Shown here one piece after another: positions 12,019 through 24,300 of a stretch of DNA of 64,000 nt; positions within the stretch are counted from its first letter, which is position 1, and each line of letters opens with the position of its first letter. Source of the DNA: Nemertoderma westbladi (lineage: Eukaryota > Animalia > Xenacoelomorpha); assembly GCA_032718475.1 (NCBI GenBank), contig JAUCBJ010003066.1:2476-66475 (forward strand), given 5' to 3'. A program made the position numbers and the translations under genes. Below the pieces are notes generated by a model. That model was not told the origin of the DNA. It saw nothing but the letters and a program-made list of their open reading frames with translations, and searched no databases.

Positions 12019-15000
12019 GTCTGATAATACATTAGAGATGAAACTGAAATGCTTGGTAACCTAAGTCTGATGATACATTAGAGATGAAACTGAAATGCTT
12101 GGTAACCTAAGTCTGATGATACATTAGAGATGAAACTGAAATGCTTGGTAACCTAAGTCTGATGATACATTAGAGATGAAACTGAAATGCTTGGTAACCT
12201 AAGTCTGATGATACATTAGAGATGAAACTGAAATGCCTGGTAACCTAAGTCTGATGATACATTAGAGATGAAACTGAAATGCTTGGTAACCTATGTCTGA
12301 TGATACATTAGAGATGAAACTGAAATGCCTGGTAACCTAAGTCTGATGATACATTAGAGATGAAACTGAAATGCCTGGTAACCTAAGTCTGATGATACAT
12401 TAGAGATGAAACTGAAATGCCTGGTAACCTAAGTCTGATGATACATTAGAGATGAAACTGAAATGCTTGGTAACCTATGTCTGATGATACATTAGAGATG
12501 AAACTGAAATGCTTGGTAACCTAAGTCTGATGATACATTAGAGATGAAACTGAAATGCTTGGTAACCTATGTCTGATGATACATTAGAGATGAAACTGAA
12601 ATGCTTGGTAACCTATGTCTGATGATACATTAGAGATGAAACTGAAATGCTTGGTAACCTATGTCTGATGATACATTAGAGATGAAACTGAAATGCCTGG
12701 TAACCTAAGTCTGATGATACATTAGAGATGAAACTGAAATGCTTGGTAACCTAAGTCTGATGATACATTATAGATGAAACTGAAATGCTTGGTAACCTAA
12801 ATCTGATAATATATTAGAGATGAAACTGAAATGCTTGGTAACCTAAGTCTGATGATACATTAGAGATGAAACTGAAATGCTTGGTAACCTAAGTCTGATG
12901 ATACATTATAGATGAAACTGAAATGCTTGGTAACCTAAGTCTGATAATATATTAGAGATGAAACTGAAATGCTTGGTAACCTATGTCTGATGATACATTA
13001 GAGATGAAACTGAAATGCTTGGTAACCTAAGTCTGATGATACATTAGAGATGAAACTGAAATGCTTGGTAACCTATGTCTGATGATACATTAGAGATGAA
13101 ACTGAAATGCCTGGTAACCTAAGTCTGATGATACATTATAGATGAAACTGAAATGCTTGGTAACCTAAATCTGATAATATATTAGAGATGAAACTGAAAT
13201 GCTTGGTAACCTAAGTCTGATGATACATTATAGATGAAACTGAAATGCTTGGTAACCTAAGTCTGATAATATATTAGAGATGAAACTGAAATGCTTGGTA
13301 ACCTATGTCTGATGATACATTAGAGATGAAACTGAAATGCTTGGTAACCTAAGTCTGATGATACATTAGAGATGAAACTGAAATGCTTGGTAACCTAAGT
13401 CTGATGATACATTATAGATGAAACTGAAATGCTTGGTAACCTAAATCTGATAATATATTAGAGATGAAACTGAAATGCTTGGTAACCTAAGTCTGATGAT
13501 ACATTAGAGATGAAACTGAAATGCTTGGTAACCTAAGTCTGATGATACATTATAGATGAAACTGAAATGCTTGGTAACCTAAGTCTGATAATATATTAGA
13601 GATGAAACTGAAATGCTTGGTAACCTATGTCTGATGATACATTAGAGATGAAACTGAAATGCTTGGTAACCTAAGTCTGATGATACATTAGAGATGAAAC
13701 TGAAATGCTTGGTAACCTAAGTCTGATGATACATTAGAGATGAAACTGAAATGCTTGGTAACCTATGTCTGATGATACATTAGAGATGAAACTGAAATGC
13801 TTGGTAACCTAAGTCTGATGATACATTAGAGATGAAACTGAAATGCTTGGTAACCTAAGTCTGATAATACATTAGAGATGAAACTGAAATGCTTGGTAAC
13901 CTAAGTCTGATGATACATTAGAGATGAAACTGAAATGCTTGGTAACCTATGTCTGATGATACATTAGAGATGAAACTGAAATGCTTGGTAACCTAAGTCT
14001 GATGATACATTAGAGATGAAACTGAAATGCTTGGTAACCTAAGTCTGATGATACATTAGAGATGAAACTGAAATGCTTGGTAACCTAAGTCTGATGATAC
14101 ATTAGAGATGAAACTGAAATGCTTGGTAACCTAAGTCTGATGATACATTAGAGATGAAACTGAAATGCTTGGTAACCTAAGTCTGATGATACATTAGAGA
14201 TGAAACTGAAATGCTTGGTAACCTATGTCTGATGATACATTAGAGATGAAACTGAAATGCCTGGTAACCTAAGTCTGATGATACATTATAGATGAAACTG
14301 AAATGCTTGGTAACCTAAGTCTGATAATATATTAGAGATGAAACTGAAATGCTTGGTAACCTATGTCTGATGATACATTAGAGATGAAACTGAAATGCTT
14401 GGTAACCTAAGTCTGATGATACATTAGAGATGAAACTGAAATGCTTGGTAACCTAAGTCTGATGATACATTATAGATGAAACTGAAATGCTTGGTAACCT
14501 AAATCTGATAATATATTAGAGATGAAACTGAAATGCTTGGTAACCTAAGTCTGATGATACATTAGAGATGAAACTGAAATGCTTGGTAACCTAAGTCTGA
14601 TGATACATTATAGATGAAACTGAAATGCTTGGTAACCTAAGTCTGATAATATATTAGAGATGAAACTGAAATGCTTGGTAACCTAAGTCTGATGATACAT
14701 TATAGATGAAACTGAAATGCTTGGTAACCTAAATCTGATAATATATTAGAGATGAAACTGAAATGCTTGGTAACCTAAGTCTGATGATACATTAGAGATG
14801 AAACTGAAATGCTTGGTAACCTAAGTCTGATGATACATTATAGATGAAACTGAAATGCTTGGTAACCTAAATCTGATAATATATTAGAGATGAAACTGAA
14901 ATGCTTGGTAACCTAAGTCTGATGATACATTATAGATGAAACTGAAATGCTTGGTAACCTAAGTCTGATAATATATTAGAGATGAAACTGAAATGCTTGG

Positions 15001-16191
15001 TAACCTATGTCTGATGATACATTAGAGATGAAACTGAAATGCTTGGTAACCTAAGTCTGATGATACATTAGAGATGAAACTGAAATGCTTGGTAACCTAT
15101 GTCTGATGATACATTAGAGATGAAACTGAAATGCTTGGTAACCTAAGTCTGATGATACATTAGAGATGAAACTGAAATGCTTGGTAACCTATGTCTGATG
15201 ATACATTAGAGATGAAACTGAAATGCTTGGTAACCTAAGTCTGATGATACATTAGAGATGAAACTGAAATGCTTGGTAACCTAAGTCTGATGATACATTA
15301 TAGATGAAACTGAAATGCTTGGTAACCTAAGTCTGATAATATATTAGAGATGAAACTGAAATGCTTGGTAACCTAAGTCTGATGATACATTAGAGATGAA
15401 ACTGAAATGCTTGGTAACCTAAGTCTGATGATACATTATAGATGAAACTGAAATGCTTGGTAACCTAAGTCTGATGATACATTAGAGATGAAACTGAAAT
15501 GCTTGGTAACCTATGTCTGATGATACATTAGAGATGAAACTGAAATGCTTGGTAACCTAAGTCTGATGATACATTAGAGATGAAACTGAAATGCTTGGTA
15601 ACCTAAGTCTGATGATACATTATAGATGAAACTGAAATGCTTGGTAACCTAAGTCTGATAATACATTAGAGATGAAACTGAAATACTTTGTAACCTAAGT
15701 CTGATGATACATTAGAGATGAAACTGAAATGCTTAGTAACCTATGTCTGATGATACATTAGAGATGAAACTGAAATGCTTGGTAACCTAAGTCTGATGAT
15801 ACATTAGAGATGAAACTGAAATGCTTGGTAACCTAAGTCTGATGATACATTATAGATGAAACTGAAATGCTTGGTAACCTAAGTCTGATAATACATTAGA
15901 GATGAAACTGAAATACTTTGTAACCTAAGTCTGATGATACATTAGAGATGAAACTGAAATGCTTAGTAACCTATGTCTGATGATACATTAGAGATGAAAC
16001 TGAAATGCTTGGTAACCTAAGTCTGATGATACATTATAGATGAAACTGAAATGCTTGGTAACCTAAGTCTGATGATACATTAGAGATGAAACTGAAATGC
16101 TTGGTAACCTAAGTCTGATGATACATTAGAGATGAAACTGAAATGCTTGGTAACCTAAGTCTGATGATACATTAGAGATGAAACTGAAATG
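11983..16191 (+). repeat. 46-bp satellite (~90 copies) derived from the last codons plus stop of the FReD gene
   Basis: Unit acattagagatgaaactgaaatgcttggtaacctaagtctgatgat. The first copy is the CDS end TLEIKLKCLVT*. Confidence 0.97.
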
Positions 16192-16442
16192 TCTAAAGTA
16201 ACAAATATAAAGAAACAAAGTAGAAGTACAGTAGGTTACTTATTGTTTTTGTGTAACAAAAAAAACACTTAAAATATCAACAAATAATATTCCAATAATA
16301 GAAAGAAATAGTTCGAACAACATGTTTTAATAATATCCTCTGAGTTACAATAAATATAAGAACGGCACTGCCGTAGGTCGTGAGGCCTCCGTTGGGAACG
16401 TCGGTTCCAGGAACCGCGGTAGGAATCCCATAAAGGATAGAT

Positions 16443-17628
16443 GGAACCCGTAGTCCCAAAGGTTACCCCGCGGGTTCCATCCAACCCGTAGACCCAACGG
16501 GTAACCCATGGGCTACATACAACCCGTAGACCCAACGGGTAACCCATAGGTTACATACAACCCGTAGACCCAACAGGTAACCCACGGGTTACATCCAACC
16601 CGTAGACCCAACGTGTAACCCTTGGGTTACTACTACCCGTAGACCCAACAGGTAACCCATGGGTTAAAACCAACCCGTAGACCCAACGGGTAACCCTTGG
16701 GTTACTACTACCCGTAGACCCAACAGGTAACCCATGGGTTACATCCAACCCGTAGACCCAACGGGTAACCCTTGTGTTACTACTACCCGTAGACCCAACA
16801 GGTAACCCATGGGTTAAATCCAACCCGTAGACCCAACGGGTAACCCCTGGGTTACTACAACCCGTAGACCCAACAGGTAACCCATGGGTTAAATCCAACC
16901 CGTAGACCCAACGGGTAACCCATGTGTTCCATCCAACCCGTAGACCCAACGGGTAACCCATGGGTTCCATCCAACACGTAGACCCAACGGGATACCCATG
17001 GGTTCAATCCAACCCGTAGGCCCAACGGGAAAGGCATGGGTTATATCCAACCCGTAGACCCAACGGGTAACCCTTGGGTTACTACAACCCGTAGACCCAA
17101 CAGGTAACCCATGGGTTAAATCCAACCCGTAGACCCAACGGGTAACCCATGTGTTCCATCCAACACGTAGACCCAACGGGATACCCATGGGTTCAATCCA
17201 ACCCGTAGGCCCAACGGGAAAGGCATGGGTTACATCCTACCCGTAGACCCAACGAGTAACCCATGGGTTACATCCAACCCGTAGACCCAACGGTAAACCC
17301 ATGGGTTAAATGCAACCCATGCAACCCAACGGGTAACCTATGGGTTACATCCGTCAACACAGCGGGTAACATGGGTTACATCCAACCCGTCAATTCAAAA
17401 GGTCACCAATGGGTGTCATCCAACACGTCAACCCAGCGGGTAACCCATGGGTTCCATACTATCCGTAGACCCAATGGGTTACATCCAATCTGTAGACCTA
17501 GCGGGTAACCCATAGGTTACATCCAGCCCGTAAACCCAGCGGGTAACCCATGGGTTCCATCCAACCCATTTACCCAACATATAACCCATGGGTTAGATCC
17601 AACCCGTAGACCCAACAGGTTACCCATG
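16443..17628. repeat. 38-bp palindrome-rich minisatellite (~30 copies, degenerating rightwards)
   Basis: Unit catccaacccgtagacccaacgggtaacccatgggtta; internal dyads acccgt/acgggt and taacccatgggtta. Confidence 0.93.
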
Positions 17629-17865
17629 TGTTTCTCACAGATACACTTCGCTGAGACTTCGCTGAGATGAGTTCGTATACATGCTGGGCAATTACAGATG
17701 GATACAACGCTGTGAGAATGCGGCGGCATCGCTGTTAAACTGCGTCCAAATGCGACTCATCACCACCAATGTGTATCTGTGAATTGGTACACTTATTATA
17801 TTTTTCTTTACCCTACTCTTATTATATTTAGTATTTACAACCAAATTAAATATGTGGATGGTTAA

Positions 17866-17871
17866 TTTATT
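17866..17871 (-). promoter_or_regulatory. Candidate polyadenylation signal for POLR3C
   Basis: AATAAA on the minus strand ~125 nt after the stop at 17997. Confidence 0.4.
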
Positions 17872-17996
17872 AATCTCTACAATCGGATAGAAAGCTCTAT
17901 ATAATTATTATTAACGACAACATTGAGTTCTGCTTCACAATATTAAAATTAAAAGTAGCATTTTATGAACAAATGTAATCAACCAATTACAATCCC

Positions 17997-18309
17997 TCAA
18001 GAACTCCCATGTATAGGTAGGTACTCCAAGTACAAAGACAATATAAATACGGTCTCGTCCACCTCTACTTCAGCCTTCTGTATCGCATTCAACCTTTTCT
18101 TCAGTAACTCCAACTGAACCTTCTCGGCGGGCGTCAGATAGTTCCTAACCTCCTGTATTTGTTCAGGGTCTGCATTGTCCTGGGTCAACTGTTCTACTAT
18201 AGAATCAACCTTGGTTCCCTGATCCAACAACCTTCTATTGTCCGAAGCCTCTTTCTCGCGCCGTAACATTAGATTCAACAAGGTCTTGTAACAATGTCCG
18301 AGAGCCACT
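17997..18309 (-). CDS. POLR3C: RNA polymerase III subunit RPC3/RPC62, exon 5 (last)
   Basis: Acceptor tttcctacag|A. Peptide (R)VALGHCYKTLLNLMLRREKEASDNRRLLDQ...YLTPAEKVQLELLKKRLNAIQKAEVEVDETVFILSLY matches the RPC62 C-terminus (HRCYKSIANL...ITAPERQQLE...QVDETIFLLESY). Phase matches exon 4. Confidence 0.92.
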
Positions 18310-21300
18310 CTGTAGGAAACAATATAAAACAATGTCTGTGAGCCGCGCCACTCTATAGGAAACAATATAAAACAATGTCTGTGAGCCACTCTATAGGAAA
18401 CAATATAAAACAATGTCTGTGAGCCACTCTATAGGAAACAATATAAAACAATGTCTGTGAGCCGCGCCACTCTATAGGAAACAATATAAAACAATGTCTG
18501 TGAGCCGCGCCACTCTATAGGAAACAATATAAAACAATGTCTGTGAGCCGCGCCACTCTATAGGAAACAATATAAAACAATGTCTGTGAGCCACTCTGTA
18601 GGAAACAATATAAAACAATGTCCGAGTGCCACTCTATAGGAAACAATATAAAACAATGTCTGTGAGCCACTCTATAGGAAACAATATAAAACAATGTCTG
18701 TGAGCCACTCTATAGGAAACAATATAAAACAATGTCTGTGAGCCACTCTATAGGAAACAATATAAAACAATGTCTGTGAGCCGCGCCACTCTATAGGAAA
18801 CAATATAAAACAATGTCTGTGAGCCACTCTGTAGGAAACAATATAAAACAATGTCCGAGTGCCACTCTATAGGAAACAATATAAAACAATGTCTGTGAGC
18901 CACTCTATAGGAAACAATATAAAACAATGTCTGTGAGCCACTCTATAGGAAACAATATAAAACAATGTCTGTGAGCCACTCTATAGGAAACAATATAAAA
19001 CAATGTCTGTGAGCCACTCTATAGGAAACAATATAAAACAATGTCTGTGAGCCACTCTATAGGAAACAATATAAAACAATGTCCGAGAGCCACTCTGTAG
19101 GAAACAATATAAAACAATGTCCGAGTGCCACTCTATAGGAAACAATATAAAACAATGTCTGTGAGCCACTCTATAGGAAACAATATAAAACAATGTCTGT
19201 GAGCCACTCTATAGGAAACAATATAAAACAATGTCTGTGAGCCGCGCCACTCTATAGGAAACAATATAAAACAATGTCTGTGAGCCGCGCCACTCTATAG
19301 GAAACAATATAAAACAATGTCTGTGAGCCGCGCCACTCTATAGGAAACAATATAAAACAATGTCTGTGAGCCGCGCCACTCTATAGGAAACAATATAAAA
19401 CAATGTCTGTGAGCCGCGCCACTCTATAGGAAACAATATTAAACAGTGTCTGTGAGCCGCGCCACTCTATAGGAAACAATATAAAACAATGTCTGTGAGC
19501 CACTCTATAGGAAACAATATAAAACAATGTCTGTGAGCCGCGCCACTCTATAGGAAACAATATAAAACAATGTCTGTGAGCCACTCTATAGGAAACAATA
19601 TAAAACAATGTCTGTGAGCCGCGCCACTCTATAGGAAACAATATAAAACAATGTCTGTGAGCCGCGCCACTCTATAGGAAACAATATAAAACAATGTCTG
19701 TGAGCCACTCTATAGGAAACAATACAAAACAATGTCTGTGAGCAGCGCCACTCTATAGGAAACAATATAAAACAATGTCTATGAGCCGCGCCACTCTATA
19801 GGAAACAATATAAAACAATGTCTGTGAGCCACTCTATAGGAAACAATATAAAACAACGTCTGTGAGCCGCGCCACTCTATAGGAAACAATATAAAACAAT
19901 GTCTGTGAGCCGCGCCACTCTATAGGAAACAATATAAAACAATGTCTGTGAGCCGCGCCACTCTATAGGAAACAATATAAAACAATGTCTGTGAGCCGCG
20001 CCACTCTATAGGAAACAATATAAAACAATGTCTGTGAGCCACTCTATAGGAAACAATATAAAACAATGTCTGTGAGCCGCGCCACTCTATAGGAAACAAT
20101 ATAAAACAATGTCTGTGAGCCACTCTATAGGAAACAATATAAAACAATGTCTGTGAACCACTCTATAGGAAACAATATAAAACAATGTCTGTGAGCCGCG
20201 CCACTCTATAGGAAACAATATAAAACAATGACTGTGAGCCACTCTATATGAAACAATATAAAACAATGACTGTGAGCCACTCTATAGGAAACAATATAAA
20301 ACAATGTCTGTGAGCCGCGCCACTCTATATGAAACAATATAAAACAATGACTGTGAGCCACTCTATAGGAAACAATACAAAACAATGTCTGTGAGCCATT
20401 CTATAGGAAACAATATAAAACAATGTCTGTGAACCACTCTATAGGAAACAATATAAAACAATGTCTGTGAGCCACTCTATAGGAAACAATATAAAACAAT
20501 GTCTGTGAGCCGCGCCACTCTATAGGAAACAATATAAAACAATGTCTGTGAGCCACTCTATAGGAAACAATATAAAACAATGTCTGTGAGTCGCGCCACT
20601 GTATAGGAAACAATATAAAACAATGTCTGTGAGTCGCGCCACTGTATAGGAAACAATATAAAACAATGTCTGTGAGCCACTCTATAGGAAACAATATAAA
20701 ACAATGTCTGTGAGTCGCGCCACTGTATAGGAAACAATATAAAACAATGTCTGTGAGTCGCGCCACTGTATAGGAAACAATATAAAACAATGTATGTGAG
20801 CCGCGCCACTCTATAGGAAACAATATAAAACAATGTCTGTGAGCCGCGCCACTGTATAGGAAACAATATAAAACAATGTCTGTGAGTCGCGCCACTGTAT
20901 AGGAAACAATATAAAACAATGTCTGTGAGCCGCGCCACTCTATAGGAAACAATATAAAACAATGACTGTGAGCCACTCTATAGGAAACAATATAAAACAA
21001 TGTCTGTGAGTCGCGCCACTGTATAGGAAACAATATAAAACAATGTCTGTGAGTCGCGCCACTGTATAGGAAACAATATAAAACAATGTATGTGAGCCGC
21101 GCCACTCTATAGGAAACAATATAAAACAATGTCTGTGAGCCGCGCCACTGTATAGGAAACAATATAAAACAATGTCTGTGAGTCGCGCCACTGTATAGGA
21201 AACAATATAAAACAATGTCTGTGAGTCGCGCCACTGTATAGGAAACAATATAAAACAATGTATGTGAGCCGCGCCACTCTATAGCAAACAATATAAAACA

Positions 21301-24300
21301 ATGTCTGTGAGCCGCGCCACTCTATAGGAAACAATATAAAACAATGTCCGAGTGCCACTCTATAAGAAACAATATAAAACAGTGTCTGTGAGTCGCGCCA
21401 CTGTATAGGAAACAATATAAAACAATGTCTGTGAGCCGCGCCACTGTATAGGAAACAATATAAAACAATGTCTGTGAGCCACTCTATAGGAAACAATATA
21501 AAACAATGTCTGTGAGTCGCGCCACTGTATAGGAAACAATATAAAACAATGTCTGTGAGTCGCGCCACTGTATAGGAAACAATATAAAACAATGTCTGTG
21601 AGCCACTCTATAGGAAACAATATAAAACAATGTCTGTGAGTCGCGCCACTGTATAGGAAACAATATAAAACAATGTCTGTGAGTCGCGCCACTGTATAGG
21701 AAACAATATAAAACAATGTATGTGAGCCGCGCCACTCTATAGGAAACAATATAAAACAATGTCTGTGAGCCGCGCCACTGTATAGGAAACAATATAAAAC
21801 AATGTCTGTGAGTCGCGCCACTGTATAGGAAACAATATAAAACAATGTCTGTGAGTCGCGCCACTGTATAGGAAACAATATAAAACAATGTCTGTGAGCC
21901 ACTCTATAGGAAACAATATAAAACAATGTCTGTGAGCCGCGCCACTGTATAGGAAACAATATAAAACAATGTCTGTGAGTCGCGCCACTGTATAGGAAAC
22001 AATATAAAACAATATCTGTGAGCCGCGCCACTCTATAGGAAACAATATAAAACAATGTCTGTGAGCCACTCTATAGGAAACAATATAAAACAATGTCCGA
22101 GGGCCACTCTATAGGAAACAATATAAAACAATGTCTGTGAGCCGCGCCACTCTATAGGAAACAATATAAAACAATGTCTGTGAGCCGCGCCACTCTATAG
22201 GAAACAATATAAAACAATGTCTGTGAGCCGCGCCACTCTATAGGAAACAATATAAAACAATGTTTGTGAGCCGCGCCACTGTATAGGAAACAATATAAAA
22301 CAATGTCTGTGAGCCGCGCCACTGTATAGGAAACAATATAAAACAATGTCTGTGAGCCACTCTATAGGAAACAATATAAAACAATGTCTGTGAGCCGAGC
22401 CACTCTATAGGAAACAATATAAAACAATGTCAGTGAGCCGCGCCACTCTATAGGAAACAATATAAAACAATGTCCGAGTGCCACTCTATAGGAAACAATA
22501 TAAAACAATGTCTGTGAGCCGAGCCACTCTATAGGAAACAATATAAAACAATGTCAGTGAGCCGCGCCACTCTATAGGAAACAATATAAAACAATGTCCG
22601 AGTGCCACTCTATAGGAAACAATATAAAACAATGTCTGTGAGCCGCGCCACTCTATAGGAAACAATATAAAACAATGTCTGTGAGCCGCGCCACTCTATA
22701 GGAAACAATATAAAACAATGACTGTGAGCCACTCTATAGGAAACAATATAAAACAATGTCTGTGAGCCGAGCCACTCTATAGGAAACAATATAAAACAAT
22801 GTCTGTGAGCCGCGCCACTCTATAGGAAACAATATAAAACAATGTCTGTGAGCCACTCTATAGGAAACAATATAAAACAATGTCTGTGAGCCGCGCCACT
22901 CTATAGGAAACAATATAAAACAATGTCTGTGAGCCGCTCTATAGGAAACAATATAAAACAATGTCTGTGAGCCACTCTATAGGAAACAATATAAAACAAT
23001 GACTGTGAGCCACTCTATAGGAAACAATATAAAACAATGTCTGTGAGTTGCGCCACTGTATAGGAAACAATATAAAACAATGTCTGTGAGCCGCGCCACT
23101 CTATAGGAAACAATATAAAACAATGTCTGTGAGTCGCGCCACTCTATAGGAAACAATATAAAACAATGTCTGTGAGTCGCGCCACTGTATAGGAAACAAT
23201 ATAAAACAATGTCTGTGAGCCGCGCCACTGTATAGGAAACAATATAAAACAATGTCTGTGAGCCGCGCCACTGTATAGGAAACAATATAAAACAATGTCT
23301 GTGAGCCACTCTATAGGAAACAATATAAAACAATGTCTGTGAGCCGCGCCACTCTATAGGAAACAATATAAAACAATGTCCGAGGGCCACTCTATAGGAA
23401 ACAATATAAAACAATGTCTGTGAGCCACTCTATAGGAAACAATATAAAACAATGTCTGTGAGCCACTCTATAGGAAACAATATAAAACAATGTCTGTGAG
23501 TCGCGCCACTGTATAGGAAACAATATAAAACAATGTCTGTGAGCCGCGCCACTCTATAGGAAACAATATAAAACAATGTCTGTGAGCCGCGCCACTCTAT
23601 AGGAAACAATATAAAACAATGACTGTGAGCCACTCTATAGGAAACAATATAAAACAATGTCTGTGAGTTGCGCCACTGTATAGGAAACAATATAAAACAA
23701 TGTCTGTGAGCCGCGCCACTCTATAGGAAACAATATAAAACAATGTCTGTGAGTCGCGCCACTCTATAGGAAACAATATAAAACAATGTCTGTGAGTCGC
23801 GCCACTGTATAGGAAACAATATAAAACAATGTCTGTGAGCCGCGCCACTGTATAGGAAACAATATAAAACAATGTCTGTGAGCCACTCTATAGGAAACAA
23901 TATAAAACAATGTCTGTGAGCCGAGCCACTCTATAGGAAACAATATAAAACAATGTCTGTGAGCCACTCTATAGGAAACAATATAAAACAATGTCTGTGA
24001 GTCGCGCCACTGTATAGGAAACAATATAAAACAATGTCTGTGAGCCGCGCCACTGTATAGGAAACAATATAAAACAATGTCTGTGAGTCGCGCCACTGTA
24101 TAGGAAACAATATAAAACAATGTCTGTGAGCCGCGCCACTCTATAGGAAACAATATAAAACAATGTCTGTGAGCCGCGCCACTCTATAGGAAACAATATA
24201 AAACAATGTCTGTGAGCCGCGCCACTCTATAGGAAACAATATAAAACAATGTCTGTGAGCCGCGCCACTCTATAGGAAACAATATAAAACAATGTCTGTG

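Noticed and set aside
12020-16191. Hammerhead-ribozyme-like words CTGATGA...GAAAC...GTA in the 46-mer
   Set aside because: Stem II cannot close (T opposite T at positions 10.1/11.1), stem I is only 2 bp, and GAAAC is explained by the coding origin (M-K-L). An Infernal search or in vitro cleavage assay would settle it.
16269-17729. ORFs such as NPWVTRWVYGL repeats
   Set aside because: Translations of the 38-bp minisatellite.
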